Origin: an uncultured Acidobacteriota bacterium
GTDB lineage: Bacteria; Acidobacteriota; JAQAZP01
DNA: 64,000 nt
NCBI GenBank assembly: GCA_963836075.1
Contig: CAWIIB010000009.1
Span: forward strand, 2,464,001-2,528,000
Direction: 5' to 3'
The notes beneath the pieces are model-generated. The model worked only from the letters and a program-made list of their open reading frames with translations. It was not told the DNA's origin and searched no databases. Below, one piece after another: positions 31,501 through 39,868 of this stretch (position 1 is its first letter; the number at the start of each line of letters is the position of its first letter). The translations under genes were made by a program, and so were the position numbers.

Positions 31501-31925
31501 CCATTCCCGAGGTCAGCTTCTTTGCTTACGGCACCCTGAAATACGGGGTGAACGTGGCCTGCGGCGACGTGGATGGCGACGGCATCGACGAGATCATCAC
31601 CGGCGCCGGCCCCGGCGATATCTTCCGTGCCCACGTGCGCGGCTGGGATTACGACGGAGTCGTGGTTGCCTCGATCCCGGGGCTGAGCTGGTTCGCCCAT
31701 GACGACCTGACCTACGGTTCCCGGGTGGGCTGCGCTGACGTGGATGGCGACGGCATCGACGAGATCCTCACCTGCCCCGGTCCGGGGGAGGTGAACGGGG
31801 CGCAGGTGCGGGGCTGGAACTACGACGGGCTGGAGTTGGCCCTGATCGACGCCATCAACTTCCCGGCCTATGACCAGGAGGTCATTCGCGGGGGCAATAT
31901 CACCGGCGGAACCTTCGAGGACTAA
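28542..31925 (+). CDS. Secreted integrin-like FG-GAP propeller + three FN3-like repeats + shared C-terminal FG-GAP-like module
   Basis: Signal peptide, about seven GDxNGDxxDDL..GA repeats, three YYWRVEA.N.C repeats, C-terminal AYGTxKYGVNVACGD repeats. Confidence 0.88.
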   Translation: MVYLSVARLFRLAAFLLISGLGTVATPGLILYDMDQINGDLRVLGPHDDSHLGRSVAGGDLNGDNLDDLVISSPGYRTESGQAAPGAVFVIFGTAAFPPEHVIDLSAATADLTVLGRLSGDYLGICVTLGDLNGDGIDDLIVAGDTSDVGGMVDAGAVYVVFGSDGFPANHVVDLSAENADMEILGAFPSDHTGYALETGDVNGDSVDDLLFSIFGFDLPGRPDCGAAGVLYGSAAHLSGSVLDLSLDQPDLLVLGANSNDWLGSALAAGDIDGDGADDLVLSAVFADPLGRDKAGLVALVLGSDSFSAPEIIDLDVTSPAAWLVGGAANDRIGFALECGDINGDTLDDIVVGAHLASGTAGAEAGRCSVVYGNASIPPGTIIDFASPTAGNINFRGGHADDRLGYSLACGDINGDGIDDLMMGAVGLDPPGGKLAGGVFTVYGSDAFDPYLVWDFAGSDPDILIYGDEAQEQAGVSVAVARMNGDGLDDCLVGALQHSSGTGGDYCGALYCIYGCVEAAAPSDPHPASGEVDEPLEVTLTWSAGPEADTFDLFFGTVDPPPPYQAGLSDPFFDLPPLVSGQHYYWRVEAINECSRTSSGVWDFSTCIVPAVPGSPDPANGAGGTALTVTLDWSDTVGAVSYNLYFGDSSPPGFHAGGLTHSEYDLPDLDEGTQYHWRVEALNGCGATLAAEWDFTTCVTPGPPTLVYPPHGAVDLPTAITLDWSTVPEADSYTVYFGDSSPPPLYQSEMTETYLAVDGLSDGITYYWQVAAVNNCGAAASAVRSFVTIWTPVQFLATGPGPDEGNPPLVRIFDPQELPLAVAEWNAYGVEKYGVNVAAGDLGWDRLDELVTGAGPGELFGPHVRAWYPDGSPVPEVSFMAYGTLKYGVNVACGDFDGDQLDEIVTGAGPGAVFGPHVRGWNVDGATATSVSDVSYFAYGTPKYGVNVACGDIDGDGFAEIVTGAGPGAVFGPHVRGWNVDGGSAAAIPEVSFFAYGTLKYGVNVACGDVDGDGIDEIITGAGPGDIFRAHVRGWDYDGVVVASIPGLSWFAHDDLTYGSRVGCADVDGDGIDEILTCPGPGEVNGAQVRGWNYDGLELALIDAINFPAYDQEVIRGGNITGGTFED

Positions 31926-32932
31926 CCGTCATCCCCCGGTTTCCCGTCGGCATCCACCTGCCAGTGGCGGAACCGTTCCGGTATCTTCAGGCCGTAGCGA
32001 TCCATCAGTTCGCTGTTCACCCGCAGTTCCAACTCCTCCAGTTGGCGGAACGGCGTTTCCGCCGGATCCCGCCCCCCGGAGATGATTTCCGCCGCCAGGT
32101 GTCCCACCGCCAGCCCTTCGGCTCTGAACGACCGGCCCAGGGTGATCACTGCTCCCCGCCGGGTGAGGCTGGTGATATTGGCAAAAACCGGAATGCTCCG
32201 GCGGGCCGACACCGCGGCCAGCGCCTCGAACCCCTGGATCACGGTACTGTCTCCGGCGCAGAAGAAGACATCGGCGCCGCGGGAGGCCAGGCCCTCGGCC
32301 GCGGGGAGGATCTCGGAGGTCCCGGCCACGGCCGACTCTTCCAGCCGCAGGCCGTGGCGCCCGGCTTCGGCCCGGATGATTTCCAGGTAGCGGTGGGAGT
32401 TGCTTTCCCCGCTGTTCCAGACCACCCCCAGCACCTCGGCATCGGGCAGGACTTCATGGATCAGTTCCAGCACTTCGGTGGTGGGAAAGAGCCCGTAGTA
32501 ACCGGTGATCCGGGGCTGGTGCTGATCCGGCCCGCGGCAGAGGCCGGCGGAAACCGGGTCGCTCACCAGCCCGAAGACCAGCCGGTCTTCCGGCCCCATG
32601 CGGGCGAAAACGGCCTGGGTGGCCGGGGTGCCGAAGGTGATGATGGCATCGTGCCCGCCGCCCACGGCCTGTCCGGCAATGGCCTGGAGCAGGGAAAAAT
32701 CGGCGCCGGCGGAGTAGCAGCGGACATGGAGGCCGTCCCCCTGCCGCAGGCCTCCCCGGGCCAGCCCCTCCAGGGCCGCCAGCCGCACCTCCTCCGATTC
32801 AGCCGAGTCGACATACTGGACAAAGGCCACGCCGGCTGCGGGCGCAGGGGATTTCCCACTGCATCCGGGCAGGGCCAGCAGGCCGCTCAGCAGCAGCAGG
32901 ACGGCGGGGAAGGCATGGGCACGGGGTGTCAT
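31922..32932 (-). CDS. ABC-type substrate-binding lipoprotein (ABC_sub_bind family)
   Basis: AGGAGG RBS, lipobox LPGC, GTPATQA, VSDPVSAGL, GVVWNSGESNS. Confidence 0.82.
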   Translation of the reverse strand: MTPRAHAFPAVLLLLSGLLALPGCSGKSPAPAAGVAFVQYVDSAESEEVRLAALEGLARGGLRQGDGLHVRCYSAGADFSLLQAIAGQAVGGGHDAIITFGTPATQAVFARMGPEDRLVFGLVSDPVSAGLCRGPDQHQPRITGYYGLFPTTEVLELIHEVLPDAEVLGVVWNSGESNSHRYLEIIRAEAGRHGLRLEESAVAGTSEILPAAEGLASRGADVFFCAGDSTVIQGFEALAAVSARRSIPVFANITSLTRRGAVITLGRSFRAEGLAVGHLAAEIISGGRDPAETPFRQLEELELRVNSELMDRYGLKIPERFRHWQVDADGKPGDDG

Positions 32933-33070
32933 GGTGGTGCTCCTCCTGGCCATGAGTCTGATGCCCGGGGATGTGAAAATCAAGCTGCAGCGTTGAATAC
33001 GCGTCCGGTGCGGGATATTATGGTCAATCACATTTTCAAATCAACGGCAACATTTTGCAGGGCGGAAACG

Positions 33071-34591
33071 ATGTTCGAACGACTGATCCAGGGGCTGAAG
33101 ATACTGGCCGTCCTCTGCGCCCTGGCCTTTGTCCCGCTCTACATCTACATCGCCTGTTTTCGCGTGGGTTACCCCTTCGACCTGGAGTGGCTGGAAGGGG
33201 CGGCGGCTTCCAACACGCTCCGGGCGCTGACCGGCCTGCCGATCTACGTCAAACCGACCCTGGACTACGTGCCCGAAGTCTATACCCCGCTCTACTTCTA
33301 TCTCTCGGCGCTGCCCTCCCTCTTCATGGGCAGCGGTTTTACCCCGCTGCGGCTGGTCTCGATCATTTCCTCGGTCTGGTCCATGATTCTGATCTTTGCC
33401 ATCGGCCGGCGCGAGACCGGCCAGGTGTCCCTTGGTCTGCTGGCCGCCGGTTTCTTTGCCGCCACCTTTGGTGTCTCGGGGGGCTGGTTCGACCTGGCCC
33501 GGGTGGATTCCACCTTTCTCTTTTTCCTGCTCCTCGGTTTCTGCCTGGTGCGCTACGGTCGCTCCCCGGCCAGCTCCGTGGCGGCGGGAGTGGCGGCCGC
33601 GCTGGCCTTCTTTACCAAACAGACCGCCCTCGGCCTCTTCATCCCCCTGCTGGTCTGGGCGGCCTTTGCCTGGCGGAGACGCGCCGCCTGGTTCGCCGGG
33701 CTCGGCCTGACCCTCATCGGCGGCGGGTTCCTGCTCCTCGATGCCCTCCACGAGGGATGGTTCCGCTACTACACGGTGACCCTGCCGGCGATGGACGAGA
33801 TTCGCCAGGAGATGCTGCTCCGCTTCTGGTGGGATGACCTGTTGCTGGTGCTGCCGGTGGCGGTGGTTGCCCTGGTGATCTATTTTGCATTGACCCTTTC
33901 CGGCCAGGGCCACCGCCCGTCGCGGGATGCCTGGTTCTTTTTCTTCGCCGGCGGCGGGATGGTTGGCCTCTCCTGGCTGGCCCGGATCCACAAGGGGGGA
34001 TACCTCAACGTACTGATGCCGGCATACGCCTTTCTGGCCCTGATGCTGCCCCTGGGCCTCTACGCGGCGGAACATGCCCTGAAATATCGCCGGCCCGTGG
34101 TTCGCCACGGGGTGCTGGCCGTGATCTATCTGCTGGTGATCATCCAGCTGGCCTCGCTGGCCGTGGCTCCGGAGAACGGCATCCTCCCCGTGGCCCGCTG
34201 GATCCCCACCGGCGAGGACCGGGCCGCCGGCGAGGCCATGGTGAAGCTGATTTCGAGCTTCGAGGGCCCGGTGTTCACACCGTTCCACTGCTTTCTGCCG
34301 GTGGGCGCGGGCAAGCGCTACTGCGGAAGCCGGGGGGCGATGATGCCCATTCTCTACGGCCGTGACGACCAGCGGAAGATGAAGTTCATCGAGGAGGCAA
34401 TCCTCGGCTTCCGCCAGCATAAGTATGACGCGATCATCCTGGACAAGAAGCGGTTCCGCCATATCCAGGAGGCCATCGATCTCTACTACGTCGAGCAGCC
34501 GGGCCAGCTGATCGGCCGGGAAGAGCTCTTCCGCACGGTCAGCGGGATGCGGACCCAGCCCCGGTATCTCTACCTGCCGCGGCCCCAGTAA
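33071..34591 (+). CDS. GT39/PMT-like membrane glycosyltransferase
   Basis: YPFDLEWLEG, YTPLYFY, WFDLARVDS, FFTKQT, polytopic. The real start is ATG 33071 inside ORF 31964-34591. Confidence 0.78.
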   Translation: MFERLIQGLKILAVLCALAFVPLYIYIACFRVGYPFDLEWLEGAAASNTLRALTGLPIYVKPTLDYVPEVYTPLYFYLSALPSLFMGSGFTPLRLVSIISSVWSMILIFAIGRRETGQVSLGLLAAGFFAATFGVSGGWFDLARVDSTFLFFLLLGFCLVRYGRSPASSVAAGVAAALAFFTKQTALGLFIPLLVWAAFAWRRRAAWFAGLGLTLIGGGFLLLDALHEGWFRYYTVTLPAMDEIRQEMLLRFWWDDLLLVLPVAVVALVIYFALTLSGQGHRPSRDAWFFFFAGGGMVGLSWLARIHKGGYLNVLMPAYAFLALMLPLGLYAAEHALKYRRPVVRHGVLAVIYLLVIIQLASLAVAPENGILPVARWIPTGEDRAAGEAMVKLISSFEGPVFTPFHCFLPVGAGKRYCGSRGAMMPILYGRDDQRKMKFIEEAILGFRQHKYDAIILDKKRFRHIQEAIDLYYVEQPGQLIGREELFRTVSGMRTQPRYLYLPRPQ

Positions 34592-34687
34592 ACCCGTCGC
34601 CGGAACTTGGCATCGCCGGCGGTGCGGGGTAAGATGAAGATGCCGATTTCACGCCCGCTTCATCCGGATACTGGGAACCTGATCGCC

Positions 34688-35605
34688 ATGCGTATTTTCA
34701 TCCGAGCCGTCGCACTGCTGCTGATTCCGGGCCTGCTGGCCCTGCTGCCGGCGCAGGCCCAGATCATCGGCAAGACCAACTCCCGGAGCCCGGCGGACAA
34801 GGCTTCGCCCGCCGCCGCCACCGAGGATGCGGAGGAACCGGCCCCGGTGACCGGACCGCTGTGGCTGGCCTTTCTGCCGCTGCCGCTGGTGATTCCTGCC
34901 GGCGACCGGCAGCACCCGCCGGGCAGGCCGTTCAACCCGCCGGGGCAACCGGTGGCCGGCGGCGAGTTCTATCCCCGCGGGCTGATCGAGGAGGGGAGCG
35001 GAGAACCGGGCCCGGTGCTCGACGACTTCCTCGTCGCCCCGGCGCTGGTCACCGGGCGGCAGTACCAGCTCTACCTGATGTATATCGATGTCTTCGGTGA
35101 CCACAGCCACTGCCACCCCTTCGAACCGCTGGACAAGGATCACCGGCCCGAGGGCTGGTTCGACCCGCTGCTCTGCGAGAACCCCGACCTGCCGGTGACC
35201 GGTATCGACTGGTTCGACGCCTTCGGCTTTGCCTCCTGGTGCGGCGCCCGTCTGCCCACCGACCTGGAGTGGGAGCGGGGGGGGCTGGATGCGCCGCTGA
35301 CGGAGTGGCTGGGAAGCTGGTATTCGGCCGACTGGTATGCCGACCCGCAGGCGATCCGGGAGAGCCCCCGGGGGCCCGCCGAAGGCACGGTGACCGACGG
35401 GCAGTGGACCTTCTACCAGAGCATGGCGGTCCGCGAGGCGGACGGGACCCGGGCCTGGCGCAACATCTACACCAGGTCGCCCGGTCTCGGTTTCCGGCTG
35501 ACCTGGAGCCCGCCCGGGGTCGAGGAGACCGCCGCCGTGGACAACCCGGCCGGCGGCCCGCCGCAGGAACCGGAAAACAAGGGCCTGGAATCCGCCGGGA
35601 AGTGA
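34688..35605 (+). CDS. Secreted FGE/SUMF1-fold domain protein (truncated, non-catalytic-looking)
   Basis: Signal peptide, PVTGIDWFDA..FA.WCGARLPTDLEWE, EW.GSWY, GFRL. Confidence 0.75.
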   Translation: MRIFIRAVALLLIPGLLALLPAQAQIIGKTNSRSPADKASPAAATEDAEEPAPVTGPLWLAFLPLPLVIPAGDRQHPPGRPFNPPGQPVAGGEFYPRGLIEEGSGEPGPVLDDFLVAPALVTGRQYQLYLMYIDVFGDHSHCHPFEPLDKDHRPEGWFDPLLCENPDLPVTGIDWFDAFGFASWCGARLPTDLEWERGGLDAPLTEWLGSWYSADWYADPQAIRESPRGPAEGTVTDGQWTFYQSMAVREADGTRAWRNIYTRSPGLGFRLTWSPPGVEETAAVDNPAGGPPQEPENKGLESAGK

Positions 35606-35681
35606 CGGCGGCACTGACGGAATCAACCGGGCGGAACCATGCCGCCCATCAATGCCACGGTAGTGAAACAGGGGGAAGATC

Positions 35682-38139
35682 ATGAAGCAGTGGGAACGCC
35701 TCTACGCGTTTGTGGTCCTGGCGGTTGCTGCCACGACCGTTCTATTGTCGCCGGCCCTGCCGGCCCATGCCGCCCAGCCGGAGCTCGGCCTGCAACAGGG
35801 GGGGCGGGAGACCGTCTGTGCCACACCGCTTCTTGAAGAGGCGAAGCAGCAGCTGGCGGCCCGGTTCCCCCAGCGGGGCGGGCAACGGGCCGTTCCGGGC
35901 CGTGGCGGCCCGTATCACTCGGTGGGCTCCACCATGACCTTCTGGGCCTGGGACCTGACGGTGATGCCGCCGGCCTGGATCCAGGAGCCGGCAACCTGCC
36001 GGGCCGTGGGCGACCACTGCTACGTCTTCGTGGCCGACGACCAGTGGAACGTCAACATGGACCAGGCCGACGTGGACCAGGTGGTCCAGGTCTGGGATGT
36101 GGCCACGCTGGGGGATCCCACCCGGGGTATCTACGAGATGGATACCAGCACCTTTGGTCCACCGCCGGACAGCCATGACAACGATGACTGGATCTACATC
36201 TTTTACGACAACCTGGGCCAGTTTTCAGGGTCGGTCTTTGACGGCTACTTCAGTGTCTTCAACCAGTACACCGAAGAGGAGGCCCAGGCCCAGGGCGGGC
36301 ACAGCAACGAAGTGGAGATGTTCTACATGAGTTGCGACCCGGTGGACCCCTCTGCCGCCTCGACGCTGTCGGTGCTGGCCCACGAATTCGAGCACATGAT
36401 CCACTTCAACATGGACGCGAACGAAACGACCTGGGTGGACGAGGGCTGTGCCGAGTTCGCCATGTATCTGTACGGTCTGCCTGATCCGATCATCAGCTTC
36501 CCCGGGAATCCGGACAACGACCTCACCTCCTGGGACCAGCAGTTCTCCGACTACATCCAGGTCTACCTCTACATGATGTATCTCCACGACCACTACGGCG
36601 GGGTTGCGGCGCTCAGCGCGCTGGTGGCCGAGCCGGCCAACTCGATCCTCGGGGTGGAGAACATGCTCGCCAGCCTCGGCTACACCGAGAGTTTCGAGGA
36701 TGTGATGACCGACTGGGTCATCGCCAACTACCTCGACGACGCCTCGGTGGGCGACGGCCGTTACGGCTACACCAGTATCGACCTGCCTGATTTCTCCAAT
36801 TCCGGCGACCACGTGGACTACCCGGTGGAGTTTTTGAGCCGTACGGTGAACCACTGGGCCGCAGACTACATCCGCTTTCGCAGCGGCAGTGACCTCTGGC
36901 TGCAGTTCGACGGGGTGGAGAGCACCGCCTTCGGCCTGCAGATGATCGCCCTCGACGCCAGCAGCCCCACCACCGTGCAGCAGCTGCCGGTGGATGGTGA
37001 CCAGGACTGGGCCGGCTTTTTCGACGAGTTCGGCTCGACCCACGACACCATGGTCCTGGTCCCCTGCGGGCTCTCCTCATCCGGCGGCACCGGCTACCAG
37101 TACACCGCCTACGCCTCGGGCGGTCTCCAGCCGGCGCTGGTGGTGGGACCGGGGCCCGGGGCGAACAATCCCACCGAGGTGCGCGGGTTCACCGTCAACG
37201 GCACTCCGCTGGCCGGTGTCGACTTCGATGCCTACCCGTCGCTGGACGGCTACGGCACACGGGTGGCCGCCGGCGACCTCTACGGCACCGGCCTCGACCT
37301 GCTGGTCACCGGACCCGGTCCGGGCATCGACCACCCGCCCCTGGTGCGGGCCTTCACCGGATACGGCACCCCGGTGGACGGGGTGGCCTTCTCCGCATAC
37401 GGCGTGGACAAATACGGGGTCAACGTGGCCTGCGGCGACCTGGACGGCGACGGCGATCGACGAGATTGTCACCGGCGCGGGGCCCGGCGCGGTGTTCGGC
37501 CCCCACGTGCGGGGCTGGTCCGCCGGCAGCGACGGGGTCGCACCGCTGCCCGGGGTGAGTTTCTTTGCCTACGGCACAAACAAGTACGGGGTCAACGCGG
37601 CGTGCGGCGACATCGACGGTGACGAAATGGACGAAATCGTCACCGGCGCCGGCCCCGGCGCGGTGTTCGGCCCGCACGTGCGGGGGTGGAACGTGGACGG
37701 CGGCACGGCGGCGCCGATCCCCGGGCTCAGCTATTTTGCCTACGGCACGCTGAAGTGGGGTGTGAACCTGGTCTGTGCCGACATCGACGGCGACGGGATG
37801 GACGAGATCATCACCGGCGCGGGGCCCGGCTCGGTGTTCGGCCCCCACGTCCGCGGCTGGAATTTTGACGGGGGGGCCCTGGCATCGATCCCCGGGGTGA
37901 GCTTCTTCGCCTACGGCACCAACCAGTTCGGGGTGCGGGTCGCCGGCGGCGACGTGGACGGTGATGGAATCGACGAGATCATCACCACTCCCGGGCCGGG
38001 GGTGGTTTTTGCCAGTCATGTGCGGGGCTGGAACTACGACGGGGGAACCCTGGCCTCCATCCCGTCGATCAGTTTCCTGGCCTTCGACCCGGCACTGCTC
38101 TACGGGGCTGATGCGGCGGTGGCCACCATTCACTATTGA
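35682..38139 (+). CDS. Secreted zincin metallopeptidase (M30/immune-inhibitor-A-like) with shared C-terminal FG-GAP-like module, frameshift near 37455
   Basis: Signal peptide, LAHEFEHMIH...WVDEGCAE. An extra base at GACGGCGATCGAC shifts into ORF 36994-38139, which carries the repeats. Confidence 0.85.
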
Positions 38140-38247
38140 GCCGGCATGCTGGCAGAGACGGACGGAGATGGGGTTGCGGCACCTCTGTCCGCGGGCAGAG
38201 AAGTGCTCCGGGTCACCGGGGCGGGTGCAGCCGGGACCTGGGCCCGG

Positions 38248-38313
38248 TCAACAGCCGATGAGCAGGTAGAGCAGGTAGACCACGAGTGCGATGATGGCTT
38301 TGGCGATTTCCAT
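38248..38313 (-). CDS. Putative 21-aa hydrophobic small protein MEIAKAIIALVVYLLYLLIGC
   Basis: AGGAG RBS 11 nt upstream, host-like GC3-rich codons, one TM-like stretch. Below the ORF-track length cutoff. Confidence 0.55.
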   Translation of the reverse strand: MEIAKAIIALVVYLLYLLIGC

Positions 38314-38353
38314 GTACAGAACTACTCCTGAGCTGGAGGAACGTCACACCTTT

Positions 38354-38380
38354 TCAAACGTGGTTCGGGGACAAAAGTTC
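38354..38380 (-). promoter_or_regulatory. ECF (RpoE-like) promoter upstream of the 21-aa ORF
   Basis: GAACTT-N16-TTTGA versus the RpoE consensus GAACTT-N16-TCTGA. Confidence 0.45.
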
Positions 38381-38383
38381 GGT

Positions 38384-39607
38384 TTATTTCTTCCTCGGCC
38401 TGGCGCTGCCGCCGCCGGTGGCCAGGAAAGCGCATTTCAGCCGCCTGGTCTCCATCATTGCCGGCAGGCCCGGGTGGTCGGGCGACGAGCCCGAATAGCG
38501 CAGCAGCCGGGCTCTCCGTTTAGACGCCCGCACCGCCGTGCCCAGTTCCTCGAGAAAGACCCGGGTCTGCAGCAGGACCGAGCGGCTGGAACTGACCAGT
38601 ATTCCGCCCGGTTTGAGACATTTCAGAGCCAGCCGGTTCAGCCGCCGGTAGGTGGAGATGTCGCGGTCCATGGTCTGCCGGCTTTCGATCAGCGGCGGTG
38701 GGTCGAGAAAGATCAGGTCGAACGGCTCCTCGCCGTTTTCGGCGTATTTACGAAGGAAGACGAAGATGTCGTCGCGGACAAAGGAGCAGCGCCCGGTGAG
38801 TGAGTGCCGTGCCACGTTCTGTTCGGCCAGGTTGAGGGCGGAACTGGAACTGTCCAGTCCCACCACCTGTCTCGCCCCCTGCAGCGCGGCCATCACCGAG
38901 AAACTGCCGGTGTGACAGCAGGCGTCGAGGACCAGGCCGTCCCGGCTCATTGCCGCGGCCCGCCGCCGGTTGTCCCGCTGGTCGAGGTAGAAACCGGTAC
39001 GGCTGCCGGAGAGCAGATCGCACTGCAGGGACAGGCCGTCCACGGTGATCTCCACCTGCCGCGGCAGTTCGCCGTGGATCACCTTGACCTGCCGGGGGAG
39101 GTTCTCCGCTTCCCGGTCCTCGTTGTCGTTGCGCAGCACGATGGCTTCGGGCTCGAACTTCTCCTGAAACATCCGCACCAGCAGGTCCCGGCGCATCTCC
39201 ATCCCCAGGGTGGTGAACTGCAGCGAGAGGTAGGGTCCGTAGCGGTCGGCCACCAGCCCGGGCAGCCAGTCGCCCTCGGCATGGACCACCCGGTACGACT
39301 TTTCATCCGGCGCGAAGAGCCGCCGCCGGAAAGCCAGCGCCTCAGCCAGCCGGTTGCGCAGCAGCGGCACGTCCACCGGACCGGCGCCGAAACGGATCAG
39401 CCGCAGCGCCACGTCGGTGTTCATGTTGGCAAAACCCGCGCCGAGACAGTGGCCGCGATAGTCGTAGACTCCGGCCTCGCACCCAGCGTCATACGACCCG
39501 TCCACCCCGGCGATCTGGTGCTTGCGGACGCAGGAGTTCCCTTTGAGCAGCGAGCGTTCCTCGCCTTTTTTCAGCCGCAGGCGGCAGCGATGATATACGG
39601 TGCCCAT
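38384..39607 (-). CDS. RlmI-like class I SAM-dependent rRNA methyltransferase
   Basis: PUA-like N-terminus, AEGDWLPGLVADRY, TGFYLDQRDNR, FDLIFLDPP. Confidence 0.88.
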   Translation of the reverse strand: MGTVYHRCRLRLKKGEERSLLKGNSCVRKHQIAGVDGSYDAGCEAGVYDYRGHCLGAGFANMNTDVALRLIRFGAGPVDVPLLRNRLAEALAFRRRLFAPDEKSYRVVHAEGDWLPGLVADRYGPYLSLQFTTLGMEMRRDLLVRMFQEKFEPEAIVLRNDNEDREAENLPRQVKVIHGELPRQVEITVDGLSLQCDLLSGSRTGFYLDQRDNRRRAAAMSRDGLVLDACCHTGSFSVMAALQGARQVVGLDSSSSALNLAEQNVARHSLTGRCSFVRDDIFVFLRKYAENGEEPFDLIFLDPPPLIESRQTMDRDISTYRRLNRLALKCLKPGGILVSSSRSVLLQTRVFLEELGTAVRASKRRARLLRYSGSSPDHPGLPAMMETRRLKCAFLATGGGSARPRKK

Positions 39608-39868
39608 CAGGTCGGTACCCTTCGGCCAGCCCGGCGGCCGGTCTGGCGGTCCACACTCTGTCCGTGGCGATGGTTGATCCGATATGGGCAAACCTTACCA
39701 AGAAAAGCGTTTTCTGGCAACAGCGTGCCGGGCTGCGCGGCGCTCCGGGTTGACTGGTTTTCACATTGATTCGATAATACCCTGCGAAGTGTGGCGCCGG
39801 GCGGTTCTGCCGCTTCCCCACGTCCCCCCGAGAACCTCTCACAATCTCGAATCCCGCGGAGGAGCCCG

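Noticed and set aside
31964-33070. N-terminal 369 aa of the 875-aa ORF 31964-34591
   Set aside because: It is antisense to the ABC binding protein. The real glycosyltransferase starts at ATG 33071.
34688-35605. DGR target (CLec/FGE fold)
   Set aside because: No reverse transcriptase or adenine-variant template repeat is visible in the window.
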